In this document: positions 1-10,128 of the stretch, piece after piece
Layout: each line of letters starts with the position of its first letter
How positions within the stretch are numbered: position 1 is the stretch's first letter
Source: Clostridia bacterium
Lineage (GTDB): Bacteria > Bacillota > Clostridia > TANB77 > CAG-508
Assembly: GCA_022792135.1 (NCBI GenBank)
Contig: JAAWAM010000016.1
Coordinates: 32,385 to 96,384, forward strand
Direction of reading: 5' to 3'
Length of the DNA: 64,000 bases
Notes under the pieces: generated by a model
Databases searched by the model: none
Told to the model about the DNA's origin: nothing
Seen by the model: the letters and a program-made list of their open reading frames with translations, nothing else
Program-made: the position numbers and the translations under genes

Positions 1-408
1 CTTTTGGTTATTTCTCAAACAACCTATAGTTTAGAGAAATTTTATATCATAGAAGAAATAATAAAAAATGAGTTACCAAAAAATATTGAGTTAATTGTTA
101 AAAACACAATTTGTAAAGCCACGGAAATTAGACAAAAAGAAACAGAGGAACTTTCTAAAAAGGTGGAATATATGATTATTATTGGAGGAGTTAATAGTTC
201 CAATACTAAAAAATTATATGAAATAGCCAAAGTAAATTGTCAAAATTGTGTATGTGTTGAAACAGTGAAGCAATTAGATTTACAAGAAGTTAAAAAATGT
301 CATAAAATTGGTATTATGGCAGGAGCATCCACTCCGCAAGAGAGTATAGAAGAAGTAGTAAGAACCATATGTGGAAACGAAGGGGCTGAAAGAGTTTTTC
401 GTAGATGA
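1..408 (+). CDS. ispH: 4-hydroxy-3-methylbut-2-enyl diphosphate reductase IspH, C-terminal part (5' end lies upstream of window)
   Basis: ORF 4..408; C-terminal LytB/IspH-like sequence ...KIGIMAGASTPQESIEEV; open to window edge. Confidence 0.65.
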   Translation, partial: LLVISQTTYSLEKFYIIEEIIKNELPKNIELIVKNTICKATEIRQKETEELSKKVEYMIIIGGVNSSNTKKLYEIAKVNCQNCVCVETVKQLDLQEVKKCHKIGIMAGASTPQESIEEVVRTICGNEGAERVFRR

Positions 409-415
409 ATATAAA

Positions 416-470
416 AACAAGGCTTGAGAAGTAATCGGAAAGATTGACACAAGCCTTGTTTATTTTTATT
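416..470. terminator. bidirectional hairpin terminator between convergent ispH and PBP gene
   Basis: inverted repeat aacaaggcttg ... caagccttgtt followed by T-run tatttttatt; lies between two convergent stop codons. Confidence 0.55.
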
Positions 471-472
471 AG

Positions 473-2791
473 TTAATGGGCATCTGTTAAGTTTTGTTTT
501 AGAATGACTTTTACAATTGTTCCTTCTGCTACTTGTTCATCTTTGGCATAATCTTGTGAGATAACAGTACCACTTCCTTCGATGCTAATATTTAAATTTT
601 TAGCTTTTAATAGGTTTGTGGCTTGGGAAGCGTTCATTCCTTTTAGGTCTGGAACAGATACAGAAGTACCAACATCACTACCTTCACCATAAAGAACAAT
701 GATAGCGTTTTTAGGTAAAGAAGCTCCTGGCTTAGGTGTTTGGTCTACGACAAGTAGGCTATTAGCATCTCCATTAACATAGGTTTTAGTAGTGAAACCA
801 GCATTTTTTAGGGTTTTTTCTGCTTCTGCTACAGTTTTATTTCTAATATCAGGTACAACAATTAAGTTACTAGAATTATTGGTATTAGAAGAGGTTTTAT
901 CAGATGGAATTCCTAAATAAGGTAAGATTTCTGATAGCATTTGGGAGACAACAGGTCCAGCTAATTGACCACCTTGGTGGTTATTTTTTGGAGGATCGTA
1001 TAATGTTAGTAATAATACAACTTGAGTGTCTTCAACGGGAGAAATTGCTACATAAGAAGCAACATATCCTTCTTCTGTTCTAGTGTATATAGGTTCAGAA
1101 GTACCTGTTTTTCCACCAATTGAATAGCCAGCAACAGCTGCGTGTCTACCAGTTCCGCTTGTTACAACAGATTCCATCATAGATTTCACTTTTTGAGAAG
1201 TTTGTTTTGAGATGACTTGTCTAACTTGTGTGACAGGAACTTCTGTTATCGAATTAGTATCAATATTGGTAACTTGTTTTACAATTCTCGGTTTCATTAG
1301 TATACCATCATTTGAGACACAAGAAATTGCAGTTGCCATTTGGAGTGGTGTGACATTTAGTCTTTGGCCAAAAGACATAGTAGCAAGTTCAACAGGTCCT
1401 ACTTTTTCTAGATTTTGGAAGATACTACTTTGTTCTCCATATAAACCAGAATTTGTAGAATGAAATAATCCAAATGCTTCGTAATATTTGTATAAAGTAG
1501 AGGTTCCAATTCTTTTTCCTAGTTGCATAAAGGCAGGGTTGCAAGAATTCATAAGTGATTGTCTTAGACTTTGTACACCATGAGGTTGTGCTCTCCAACA
1601 TGAAATTTTAAGTGGACTTGAGCTAGAGGCATCGGCAAATTCCTCATATCCTTTACAATAAAAATCATCTGCTTTATCTGTACTTGTAATATTTTCTTCG
1701 ATAGCAACAGAAGCGGTAATAATTTTAAAAACAGATCCAGGTTCATAGGTCTCGGCTACTGATTTGTTAGCCCACATTTTGTAAAGGGATTCGCTTTTTT
1801 CTTCATTGGATAGAGAATCATAGGTTTGTGCTAAAGCCGAATTTGGGGTATAAGGTGAGTTTAAATCATAGTCAGGATAACAAGCCATACCTAAAATGTC
1901 ACCATTTTTAGGATTCATAACAATCACATTTCCACCTTTTTTACAATCGTTATCTTCAACTGCTTGTTTTAAGTATTTTTCTATAATGGTTTGAATATTT
2001 AAGTCTATTGTGAGTGTCAAATTGCTACCATTTTCAGCAGAAATATAGGTTTCTTCAGCGTTTGGAATTTCTTGTTGGTTACTGCCTTTTGAACTAACAA
2101 TTTTGCCAGGAGTACCCGTTAAAACCGAATCCCATTTAGATTCGATACCACTTAAGCCTTGATTATCATTTCCACAAAATCCAAGTACATTAGAAGCCAC
2201 AGTACTATAAGGATAATATCTTTTACTATCTTCATCGATGTTGATTCCAATTGTTATTTCGTTTTCTTTCATCCATTCTTTTAATTTGTCTACTTTTTCT
2301 TGTTCTACTTTTTTGACAATGGTTTCTACTTGGGATGTACTGGTTACTTTTTCTAGTGTTTCATTGTAATCTAATGCAAAGATTTCAGAAAGACCTTTTG
2401 CTACCTTTTCTTTTAATTTTTTGGTATCTTCTTCGTTCCCTTTTGTAATTTTTGTAGGATTAATGGTAATGGTATCAACTTGTGCACTAATGGCTAAAGC
2501 TTTTCCAGTGGAGTCATAAATATTACCACGTTTTGGACTGATAATTTGATTGATGGTTTGTTGGTTATAGGCAAGTTCTTTTAAACTATTTCCTTGTACA
2601 AATTGTAAAAATCCAATTCGAATCATGAGTAATAAAAAGATTAAGATAGTTACTAATAAGGTAAGTTTCATTTTTTTAGAATGGATTAGGTTTTTGGAGT
2701 CAAAAGATGTTTGCATTTTGACAATTTTTGAGCCTTTTGAACGGCTTTTTTTAGTTTTATTTTTAGGATTATTTTCTTTTTTCATAAACAC
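473..2791 (-). CDS. class B penicillin-binding transpeptidase with two C-terminal PASTA domains
   Basis: 772-aa ORF; N-terminal TM; PBP dimerisation/transpeptidase motifs (SVFK, SCN, KTGT); two PASTA repeats at C-terminus. Confidence 0.8.
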   Translation of the reverse strand: MFMKKENNPKNKTKKSRSKGSKIVKMQTSFDSKNLIHSKKMKLTLLVTILIFLLLMIRIGFLQFVQGNSLKELAYNQQTINQIISPKRGNIYDSTGKALAISAQVDTITINPTKITKGNEEDTKKLKEKVAKGLSEIFALDYNETLEKVTSTSQVETIVKKVEQEKVDKLKEWMKENEITIGINIDEDSKRYYPYSTVASNVLGFCGNDNQGLSGIESKWDSVLTGTPGKIVSSKGSNQQEIPNAEETYISAENGSNLTLTIDLNIQTIIEKYLKQAVEDNDCKKGGNVIVMNPKNGDILGMACYPDYDLNSPYTPNSALAQTYDSLSNEEKSESLYKMWANKSVAETYEPGSVFKIITASVAIEENITSTDKADDFYCKGYEEFADASSSSPLKISCWRAQPHGVQSLRQSLMNSCNPAFMQLGKRIGTSTLYKYYEAFGLFHSTNSGLYGEQSSIFQNLEKVGPVELATMSFGQRLNVTPLQMATAISCVSNDGILMKPRIVKQVTNIDTNSITEVPVTQVRQVISKQTSQKVKSMMESVVTSGTGRHAAVAGYSIGGKTGTSEPIYTRTEEGYVASYVAISPVEDTQVVLLLTLYDPPKNNHQGGQLAGPVVSQMLSEILPYLGIPSDKTSSNTNNSSNLIVVPDIRNKTVAEAEKTLKNAGFTTKTYVNGDANSLLVVDQTPKPGASLPKNAIIVLYGEGSDVGTSVSVPDLKGMNASQATNLLKAKNLNISIEGSGTVISQDYAKDEQVAEGTIVKVILKQNLTDAH

Positions 2792-2924
2792 GCCTCTTTG
2801 GTTAAAATTTGCAATTCTATTGTATCGAAAAAAAGTACAAAAATCAATAAAAACTTGAAAAATTAACAGATTTATAATAAAATATAATTCAAGGTTAATC
2901 GAGATTAAGAAAAAGAGGAAGTTT

Positions 2925-3782
2925 ATGAAAAATATATTAGAAGAAACTAGATTTATTATGAAAAAATATAATATTAAAGCAAATAAATCATTTGGTCAAA
3001 ATTTTTTAATTCGTGAAAATGTGGTAGAAAAAATAATAGAAAGTAGTGAAGTTGAAAAAGAAGATTTAGTAATAGAAATAGGACCAGGTTTAGGAACACT
3101 AACAAAGTATCTATTGGAAAGAGCTGGTAAAGTAATTTGTATTGAACTAGATTCAAAAATGATAAGAATTTTGGAAGATAGATTTCAACAATATGATAAT
3201 TTTGAATTATTGAATCAAGATGTTTTAAAAGTAGATTTAAAAACCCTGATTCAAAGAGAAAAAGGAAATTCAGGTATCAAAAAAGTAAAGATAGTAGCCA
3301 ATTTACCCTATTATATAACCACACCAATTATTATGAAACTATTGGAAGAAGAATTGGATTTAGAAAGTATAACAGTTATGATACAAAAGGAAGTGGCAGA
3401 TAGACTAATTGCTATTCCAGGAGAAAAACAAACAGGAGCCATTACGTATTCTGTTTATTATTATTCCATGGCAAAAGGAATTTTAGAAGTTCCAAACCAT
3501 TCTTTTATTCCAGAACCAGAAGTGACTTCAAAAGTAATTCAATTAAAAATAAGAAATCAACCACCAATCGAAGTTAAGAAGAAAGAGGTTATGTTTAACA
3601 TTATAAAAAGTGCTTTTATGCAAAGAAGAAAAACATTATTAAATGCTTTAACAAATGCAAAGATATTTGAAAATAAAGAAGAAGGAATTAAAACTTTAAG
3701 AGAACTTGGATTAGAGGAAAAGATTAGACCAGAAAAACTAACATTACAGGATTTTGCAAATATTACCAATCAGATTTTATAA
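2925..3782 (+). CDS. rsmA: 16S rRNA (adenine1518/1519-N6)-dimethyltransferase RsmA/KsgA
   Basis: 285 aa; FGQNFL motif; SAM-binding IEIGPGLGTLT. Confidence 0.85.
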   Translation: MKNILEETRFIMKKYNIKANKSFGQNFLIRENVVEKIIESSEVEKEDLVIEIGPGLGTLTKYLLERAGKVICIELDSKMIRILEDRFQQYDNFELLNQDVLKVDLKTLIQREKGNSGIKKVKIVANLPYYITTPIIMKLLEEELDLESITVMIQKEVADRLIAIPGEKQTGAITYSVYYYSMAKGILEVPNHSFIPEPEVTSKVIQLKIRNQPPIEVKKKEVMFNIIKSAFMQRRKTLLNALTNAKIFENKEEGIKTLRELGLEEKIRPEKLTLQDFANITNQIL

Positions 3783-3847
3783 AAAATCTTTCCAAATGAT
3801 GAAGCATATGCTATAATAAAATAGAAATATAAAGTACGGAGAGTAAA

Positions 3848-4603
3848 ATGAATCAGATTTTAGTTACAAAAAAATTGTATATTACACCTGAACTAAAAAG
3901 AAAAAAGAAAATCTATAAATTTAATTTCTTTTTCTCTATTTTTTTGTTGTGTGTTTTAGTTTCTCTATGTATTTATGCAGAGTATGATAGAAACAAAAGT
4001 GAAGAGGTATCACAAGAACTTATGGAGGAATTTAAGGCAGAAGAGCAAGAAGATACCACAGTTGCAAAGAACAATGTTCTAATTGTAGTATTAGATCATG
4101 AGGGGAAAGAAGAAACGAGCCATACAATTACTCCACAAGAACAACAACAAACTACGATTAATAAGAAAAATATTCAAACAACAAATGATGGGTATCGCTA
4201 TCGAACGATAGCAGCTATTCACATACCAAAAATAAATATAAACTATACGATATTAGATGGTGAAACAGATTCAGAACAAGAAACAGAAGCACTTCTTAAA
4301 ATTTCACCAACAAAATTTTGGGGAGCTGATCCAAATGAGATTGGAAATTTTTGTATCGTAGGACATAATTATAGAAATACAAGATTTTTTAGTAAAGTAC
4401 CAACTTTGGAAAATGGTGATATTATTGAAATAACAGATGAATCTAAAAAAACACTTAGATATTCTGTTTATACTAAATATGAAGTAGTTCCAGAGGATTT
4501 AAGTTGTACTTCACAGTTAACGAATGGAAAAAGAGAAATAACCTTAATTACTTGTACAAATGATAGTAAAATGAGGGTGATTGTAAAAGCAAGGGCAGTT
4601 TAA
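3848..4603 (+). CDS. sortase-family transpeptidase
   Basis: 251 aa; N-terminal TM; catalytic-region motifs ...CIVGHN... and TLITCTN. Confidence 0.6.
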   Translation: MNQILVTKKLYITPELKRKKKIYKFNFFFSIFLLCVLVSLCIYAEYDRNKSEEVSQELMEEFKAEEQEDTTVAKNNVLIVVLDHEGKEETSHTITPQEQQQTTINKKNIQTTNDGYRYRTIAAIHIPKININYTILDGETDSEQETEALLKISPTKFWGADPNEIGNFCIVGHNYRNTRFFSKVPTLENGDIIEITDESKKTLRYSVYTKYEVVPEDLSCTSQLTNGKREITLITCTNDSKMRVIVKARAV

Positions 4604-4675
4604 TTCAAAATAATTAACACAAAAATTATAATCCAACATAAAATAATATAAAAGAGTATAAGGGGGATTATAATT

Positions 4676-5356
4676 GTGGCGAAAATTTTAGTGTTTAATA
4701 ATGATACGGATCGAATGGAAACGTATTACAGAGGAGAAAATGAGCCAATGCCTTATAATACGAATGGGACATTAAAGGTAAGAGAATTTAGAGGTTCTAG
4801 TAAAAGTAATATTTTGTGGACAACCAAAAGAACCATGCAAAGTTGGAATAGCCAAAGGTATTTATTTGGTGGTCCAATACCAGTAGGATTTGCCTTTAAG
4901 AGACCTTATGAAGGAGGACATGGGAATCAAAGTCAACATTATGCAGGGACGGCTTTTGATGTTGGGCAAACGTTAACTCCTTCTAGAAGAACAGCTTTGT
5001 GGAATTCGGCTAATAATTCAGGAGTTTGGGCTTATGTAGAACCAATTTCTTTAACACCTACATGGGTACATTTTGATAAGAGATTTGGAAAACCAGCGTG
5101 TAGTACAGGTGGTTTTCCTCAACTAAAAAGAGGTAGTTTAAGTAATTATGTTTTAATTGCACAAGATGATTTAAATACATTAGGATATCGAACCAATGGA
5201 TTAGACGGAATATTTGGAGCAGCAACGCAAAATGCAGTGATTCGTTATCAAAGAACAAGAGGATTAGCAGCAGATGGTATTGTAGGGTGTAATACTTGGC
5301 GTTCTTTGCAAGAGGATGTAGTTGGCACAGGAGCAACAAATACGACAATCAATTAA
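4676..5356 (+). CDS. peptidase M15-like (D-Ala-D-Ala carboxypeptidase fold) with C-terminal peptidoglycan-binding domain
   Basis: GTG start 6 nt after strong RBS AAGGGGGA; SQHYAGTAFDV (SxHxxGxAxD M15 motif); C-terminal PG_binding_1-like GLDGIFGAATQNAVIRYQRTRGLAADGIVG. Confidence 0.6.
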   Translation: MAKILVFNNDTDRMETYYRGENEPMPYNTNGTLKVREFRGSSKSNILWTTKRTMQSWNSQRYLFGGPIPVGFAFKRPYEGGHGNQSQHYAGTAFDVGQTLTPSRRTALWNSANNSGVWAYVEPISLTPTWVHFDKRFGKPACSTGGFPQLKRGSLSNYVLIAQDDLNTLGYRTNGLDGIFGAATQNAVIRYQRTRGLAADGIVGCNTWRSLQEDVVGTGATNTTIN

Positions 5357-5367
5357 AAGAAGGCAGA

Positions 5368-5751
5368 TTATGCCTTCTTTTTCAAGTTTTTTGCTTCTTC
5401 TTTTTGTAGTTTTACTAATTCTTTCGCGATTGTATTAATTACTATTTTATTGTAATAGTCTAATTTTAAATAATCATCTAGAAAATTTTGCCCAACTAAA
5501 TCAGTAATAATCGGCGTGTCATTTTGAATTAAGTCATGGAATAAAAAATCAGAAGTAATATTAAGAGCTTTACAAATATTGGTGATAGTGGTTGCACTTC
5601 CAAAAGCTATTCCACGTTCAAGTTGACTAATATATCTTGTAGATAAAGATAACTTTTCAGCTAACTGCTCTTGTGTATATTCTGCTTGCATTCTGGCTAA
5701 TTTGATTTTTTTCCCGATGTGTTTTCTTAAATTTCTTTCTACATCTTTCAT
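5368..5751 (-). CDS. XRE-family helix-turn-helix transcriptional regulator
   Basis: 127 aa; HTH_XRE signature QEQLAEKLSLSTRYISQLERG. Confidence 0.75.
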   Translation of the reverse strand: MKDVERNLRKHIGKKIKLARMQAEYTQEQLAEKLSLSTRYISQLERGIAFGSATTITNICKALNITSDFLFHDLIQNDTPIITDLVGQNFLDDYLKLDYYNKIVINTIAKELVKLQKEEAKNLKKKA

Positions 5752-5898
5752 ATAGATTTAACTCCTTCTTGGATAGTATTATAAAAAGTATAGCAAGTAG
5801 TTAGTTAAAATAGAACGAACTATTGATAAGAAAAAAACGAATAAATACTATTAAAAGTTCTAGGTATGAAAAAAATATAAAAAAATTTCTAAAAAAGC

Positions 5899-5926
5899 TT
5901 GCAAAATATAAAAACTTATATTAAAA
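5899..5926 (+). promoter_or_regulatory. candidate sigma-A promoter of the dcw operon (ttgcaa -N17- taaaat)
   Basis: -35 ttgcaa and -10 taaaat-like hexamers about 60 bp upstream of mraZ. Confidence 0.4.
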
Positions 5927-5934
5927 TTTAAATG

Positions 5935-5971
5935 AAGTGGAGAAAAGTGGCACAAAGTGGTAGAAAAGTGG
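5935..5971 (+). promoter_or_regulatory. MraZ operator: four direct AAGTGG repeats at 10-11 bp spacing
   Basis: gaAGTGGag aaAAGTGGca caAAGTGGta gaaAAGTGGag immediately upstream of the mraZ start; MraZ is known to bind spaced GTGG/TGGG direct repeats. Confidence 0.6.
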
Positions 5972-5988
5972 AGAGAGGTGAAAAACCA

Positions 5989-6414
5989 TTGCTAATTGGT
6001 GAATATGAGCATTCTCTAGATGCAAAAGGAAGACTAATCATGCCAGCTAAGTTAAGACAAGATATGGGAGAAAAGTTCATCGTAACAAAAGGATTAGATG
6101 GATGTTTATTTGCCTTTTCACAAAATGAGTGGTTAAATTTCGAAACGAAATTAAAATCATTACCTCTATCTGACAAAAATGCCAGAAACTTTGTAAGATT
6201 TTTCTTATCAGGAGCAACAGAATGTGAAGTAGACAAACAAGGGAGATTTTTAATTCCTAGTAATCTAAGAAAAGCAGCAAATCTAGAAAAAGAAGCAGTA
6301 GTAATTGGAGTAGGAACAAGATTAGAAATATGGAATCAAGCAACATGGCAAAAATGTGATGAAACTATATCAGCAGATGAAATAGCAGAAAATATGACAA
6401 TGTTAGGTATATAA
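5989..6414 (+). CDS. mraZ: transcriptional regulator MraZ
   Basis: [22 protein letters not shown]... canonical MraZ start; TTG 5989 in frame after RBS ggagagagg; the longer ORF from 5932 would run through the operator repeats. Confidence 0.85.
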   Translation: MLIGEYEHSLDAKGRLIMPAKLRQDMGEKFIVTKGLDGCLFAFSQNEWLNFETKLKSLPLSDKNARNFVRFFLSGATECEVDKQGRFLIPSNLRKAANLEKEAVVIGVGTRLEIWNQATWQKCDETISADEIAENMTMLGI

Positions 6415-6439
6415 CTTGTAAAAGTTTATATAGATTACC

Positions 6440-6590
6440 AAAGAAAAAAGTACAAAAGATAAAGATACAGAAGACAAAAATACAAAAGAAAAAATTTAAG
6501 AATACAAAAGAAAAAGTATACAAAAGATAAAAGGCACAAAAGAAGCATAAAAACCAAAAGAAAAAACGAAAAGAATAGGATTACAGCTGG
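6440..6590. repeat. A-rich degenerate ~15-bp tandem repeat (about 7 copies of ATACAAAAGAaAAAa) in the mraZ-rsmH intergenic region, followed by hairpin cagctgg-N16-ccagctg
   Basis: direct reading: gtacaaaagataaag atacagaagacaaaa atacaaaagaaaaaa ... ; the minus-strand ORF 6435..6617 is a low-complexity artefact of this repeat. Confidence 0.6.
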
Positions 6591-6650
6591 TAGTTTAGTA
6601 AAATTGCCAGCTGTCATGCGTTAAATCAAATTTTGGTAAGGGTGATAAAA

Positions 6651-7580
6651 TTGGAATTCAAACATAAGCCAGTCATGTTAGATGAATGTATACAAGGATT
6701 AAAGATAAAACCAGATGGAATTTATATAGATGGAACTTTAGGAGGAGCAGGGCATAGCAAAGAAATAGCAAAAAGATTATCTAAGCAAGGTATGCTAATT
6801 GGGATTGATAGAGATGAAGAAGCATTACAAGCAGCCAAAGAGAATCTAAAAGAATTTCAAAATGTAAAATACATTCATAATAATCATGATCATATCAAAG
6901 AAATTTTAGAAAATTTAAAACTTGAAAAAGTAGATGGAATTCTACTTGATTTAGGCGTTTCGTCCTATCAGCTAGATGAAAGAAATAGAGGATTTAGTTA
7001 TTTAGGGGAAAATGAGTTAGATATGAGAATGGACAAAACCCAAGAGCTAACAGCAAAAGAAATTATAAATACCTATGAAGAAGAAAGACTAGCCAATATC
7101 ATTTATGAATATGGGGAAGAGAGATTTTCAAGAAGAATTGCTAAAAATATTTGTTTAGCAAGAAAAGAAAAAACAATTACTACGACAAAACAATTAGTAC
7201 AAATCATAGAAAAATCAATTCCAAGAGCAAAACAAAAAGAGGGACATCCAGCCAAAAGAACCTTTCAAGCCATTCGAATTGAAGTTAATAATGAGATAAA
7301 ACCATTATATGCAACCGTAAAGAATTGTATTGAATGTTTAAAACCAATGGGAAGATTATGTATCATAACATTTCATTCATTGGAGGATAGAGCAGTAAAA
7401 AATGCCTATAGGGAAGCAAAAGGGAAATGTACTTGTCCGAAAGATTTGCCTTATTGTGTATGTGGTGCAAAATCTTTTGGCAAAATAGTAACCCAAAAGC
7501 CAATCATAGCAAGTCAAGAAGAACAATTAGAAAATAGTAGAAGCAGGAGTGCTAAACTAAGAATATTTGAGAAAAAATAA
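6651..7580 (+). CDS. rsmH: 16S rRNA (cytosine1402-N4)-methyltransferase RsmH/MraW
   Basis: EFKHKPVMLDECIQ...DGTLGGAGHS...; TTG 6651 (or 6633) start. Confidence 0.85.
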   Translation: MEFKHKPVMLDECIQGLKIKPDGIYIDGTLGGAGHSKEIAKRLSKQGMLIGIDRDEEALQAAKENLKEFQNVKYIHNNHDHIKEILENLKLEKVDGILLDLGVSSYQLDERNRGFSYLGENELDMRMDKTQELTAKEIINTYEEERLANIIYEYGEERFSRRIAKNICLARKEKTITTTKQLVQIIEKSIPRAKQKEGHPAKRTFQAIRIEVNNEIKPLYATVKNCIECLKPMGRLCIITFHSLEDRAVKNAYREAKGKCTCPKDLPYCVCGAKSFGKIVTQKPIIASQEEQLENSRSRSAKLRIFEKK

Positions 7581-7598
7581 AGGGAGGTGAAGTAACTT

Positions 7599-8102
7599 AT
7601 GGCAAGAAATAGATATGAATATGGAACTAGTCCAAGGAAATTACAACCAAATGTAAGACCACAAAAACAGACAAAAAGAAGAAATTTAAAAGTAGTAAAA
7701 GATTTACCAAGACAAGAGATAAAGATATCAAAAGAACAAAAAAAGAAGCAAATTCGATTAACAATTAGTGTTGCTATCCTATTTATTTTGTTATTAACCA
7801 TAAGTTATAGAAACTCACAAATCAATGAAAAATTTAATGAAGTACAAAGGCAAAAAAAGGAATTGTCACTTCTTCAAAAGGAGAATGAACAATTAAAAGT
7901 AAATATTGAAAACGGATTAAATTTAAATAATATTGAAAAATTAGCAAAAGAAAAATTAGGAATGCAAAAATTAACCAATAAACAAACTTTATATGTTACT
8001 TTACCAAAAAAGGATTATATAGAATCTGCTTCCAAAGAAGTGGTAATGGAAAAAAGTGAGAGTTGGTTCGAAGAATTTATCCATAAAATATTTCATAAAT
8101 AG
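7599..8102 (+). CDS. ftsL: cell division protein FtsL/DivIC-like (N-terminal basic tail, single TM, coiled coil)
   Basis: position between rsmH and PBP gene; TM IRLTISVAILFILLLTISY; coiled-coil heptads. Confidence 0.6.
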   Translation: MARNRYEYGTSPRKLQPNVRPQKQTKRRNLKVVKDLPRQEIKISKEQKKKQIRLTISVAILFILLLTISYRNSQINEKFNEVQRQKKELSLLQKENEQLKVNIENGLNLNNIEKLAKEKLGMQKLTNKQTLYVTLPKKDYIESASKEVVMEKSESWFEEFIHKIFHK

Positions 8103-8139
8103 AAATCTTTCTAATAAAATAAATTAGGAGGATTTTTTT

Positions 8140-10128
8140 ATGGTTAAAACAAGGTTATCCAGTAAAAAGAAAATGAGGAATACACTTTTTATTTGTTTTC
8201 TAATTATGTTATGTTTAATCGGAAGATTAGGAATGATACAATTTGTGCAAGGAAGTGAATTATCTACTTTAGCCTATCAACAGCAAACCTTAGATAGAAA
8301 GATAAACCCAAAAAGGGGAACTATTTATGATGCAACTAGAAAGAAAGTTTTAGCGGTTAGTAGTACAGTTGAAACGGTAACGGTTAATCCAGGAAATATT
8401 GCCAAAGAGGATAAAGAGAAAGTTGCTAAAAAATTGTCAGATTTGTTTGAATTAGATTATGAGAAAACATTAAAAAAAGTAACAAAGAGAAGTTCAATTG
8501 AAACAATTGCTAAAAAGGTAGAAAAAGAGAAAACAGATGATTTGAGAGTTTGGATGGAACAAAACAAGATTACAACAGGAATTAATATGGATGAAGATAC
8601 GAAAAGATATTATCCTTATAGTACGTTTGCAGCACAAATTATTGGATTTTGTGGAGCAGATAATCAAGGACTAGATGGAATCGAAGCAAAATATGACAAT
8701 GAACTAAAAGGGAAACAAGGAAGTATCCAAAGACATACAGATGCCAAAGGGGGAGAAATTGGTCATGAAGGAGAGAATTATGTTTCAGCAGTGGATGGAA
8801 ATGATTTAGTTCTAACCATTGATTTTACCATTCAATCTATGGTAGAAAAATATTTAGAAGAGGCTTGCATTGATAATGTATGTACAGATGGAGGAAACAT
8901 TGTAGTTATGAATCCACAAAATGGAGATATTTTAGCAATGGCAACATATCCATCGTATAATTTGAATCAACCATATGAACCATATACAGAAGAACTAAAA
9001 CAAAGTTGGGAAGGAATGGAACAAGCAGATAAAACGAAAAATTTGCAAGCCGTATGGAGAAATAAAGCAATTGCTGATACTTATGAACCAGGTTCGGTGT
9101 TTAAACTAATTACTTCTTCAGCAGCCCTAGAAGAAGGAATTACCGATACGGATCATGAAGGAGAGTTTAGTTGCAATGGTGGAATTGAAGTAGCAGGAGT
9201 AAGAATTAAATGTTGGAGATATTATAGACCGCATGGTTCAGAGAGTTTAAGGCAGGCACTTATGAATTCTTGTAATCCCGTTTTTATTGGATTGGGTCAG
9301 AAGATGGGGGTTACCCAATATTATAGTTATTTAAGAAAGTTTAAGTTATTAGAAAAGACTGGAATTGATTTGCCAGGGGAAGCAAATAGTATTTTTTTGG
9401 CAGAAAATAAAGCTGGACCAGTAGAACTTGCCACCATTAGTTTTGGGCAAAGATTTGAAATAACACCAATTCAATTGGTAACAGCAATATCGGCAATAGC
9501 CAATGGAGGAAGTAGTGTAAAACCTCGTGTGGTAAAGCAAGTAATTCATAGTCAAACCAAAGAAGTGACAGAGATACCAGTACAAAAAGATGAGACTGTG
9601 ATATCAAAGGAAACATCGGAAAAAGTATTAAGTATGATGGAATCGGTGGTATCAGAAGGAACTGGTAAAAATGCAAAAGTAGCAGGATATCGAATTGGTG
9701 GAAAAACGGGAACGTCAGAAGATGGGGTTAATACCAATAAGTATGTAACATCTTTTTGTGGAGTAGCACCGATTGATCATCCACAAGTGGTGGTATTAGT
9801 TACTTTATATAATCCGACTGGAGAGGGGGGACACCAAGGAGGTGGTGTGGCAGCACCAGTAGGAGGGCAAGTATTTAGTGAAATTTTACCTTATTTAGAA
9901 GTGTTACAAGGCAATCAGGAAGAAGTAGAAAACATAGAACAAGTAGAAGCACCAGATATTTTAGGAAAAAGTATACAAGAAGCAGAAAAAATCGTAAAAG
10001 AAAGTGGATTGGAAATGGTAATTGAAATGGAAACAGAAGAGATAGATAAAGAAAATACAATTCTGAAAGAGCAGATACCAAAAGCTGGAATTATAGTCAA
10101 TAAAGGAAGTAAAATATATGTAAAATAA
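8140..10128 (+). CDS. class B penicillin-binding protein, SpoVD/FtsI-like (single C-terminal PASTA)
   Basis: 662 aa; transpeptidase motifs SVFK, SCN, KTGT; one PASTA-like C-terminal domain; dcw position. Confidence 0.8.
   Translation: MVKTRLSSKKKMRNTLFICFLIMLCLIGRLGMIQFVQGSELSTLAYQQQTLDRKINPKRGTIYDATRKKVLAVSSTVETVTVNPGNIAKEDKEKVAKKLSDLFELDYEKTLKKVTKRSSIETIAKKVEKEKTDDLRVWMEQNKITTGINMDEDTKRYYPYSTFAAQIIGFCGADNQGLDGIEAKYDNELKGKQGSIQRHTDAKGGEIGHEGENYVSAVDGNDLVLTIDFTIQSMVEKYLEEACIDNVCTDGGNIVVMNPQNGDILAMATYPSYNLNQPYEPYTEELKQSWEGMEQADKTKNLQAVWRNKAIADTYEPGSVFKLITSSAALEEGITDTDHEGEFSCNGGIEVAGVRIKCWRYYRPHGSESLRQALMNSCNPVFIGLGQKMGVTQYYSYLRKFKLLEKTGIDLPGEANSIFLAENKAGPVELATISFGQRFEITPIQLVTAISAIANGGSSVKPRVVKQVIHSQTKEVTEIPVQKDETVISKETSEKVLSMMESVVSEGTGKNAKVAGYRIGGKTGTSEDGVNTNKYVTSFCGVAPIDHPQVVVLVTLYNPTGEGGHQGGGVAAPVGGQVFSEILPYLEVLQGNQEEVENIEQVEAPDILGKSIQEAEKIVKESGLEMVIEMETEEIDKENTILKEQIPKAGIIVNKGSKIYVK

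Noticed and set aside
1212-1463. Antisense or embedded ORFs inside confident genes (e.g. 1212..1463, 1564..1746, 3557..3769, 9349..9737, 13193..13417, 21542..21754, 22663..23088, 36490..36786, 39461..39833, 42267..42751, 55210..55770, 62657..63046)
   Set aside because: They lie wholly within well-supported CDSs on the opposite strand or an alternative frame. They have low-complexity AT-rich translations and no RBS or start context.
435-3839. CGGA in the terminator loop at 435-438 (aatcggaaag) and in the sortase RBS at 3836-3839 (tacggagag) as further insertion sites
   Set aside because: Non-coding context gives no frame test. Natural xxC-GGA codon pairs (gac gga, atc gga, tac gga) are common in intact genes here, so W-CGGA alone is not diagnostic.
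5932-5988. N-terminal extension of mraZ from ATG 5932
   Set aside because: It translates the MraZ operator repeats. The conserved MraZ N-terminus starts at 5989.
6435-6617. Minus-strand ORF 6435..6617
   Set aside because: Low-complexity translation of the A-rich tandem repeat. No RBS or start context.
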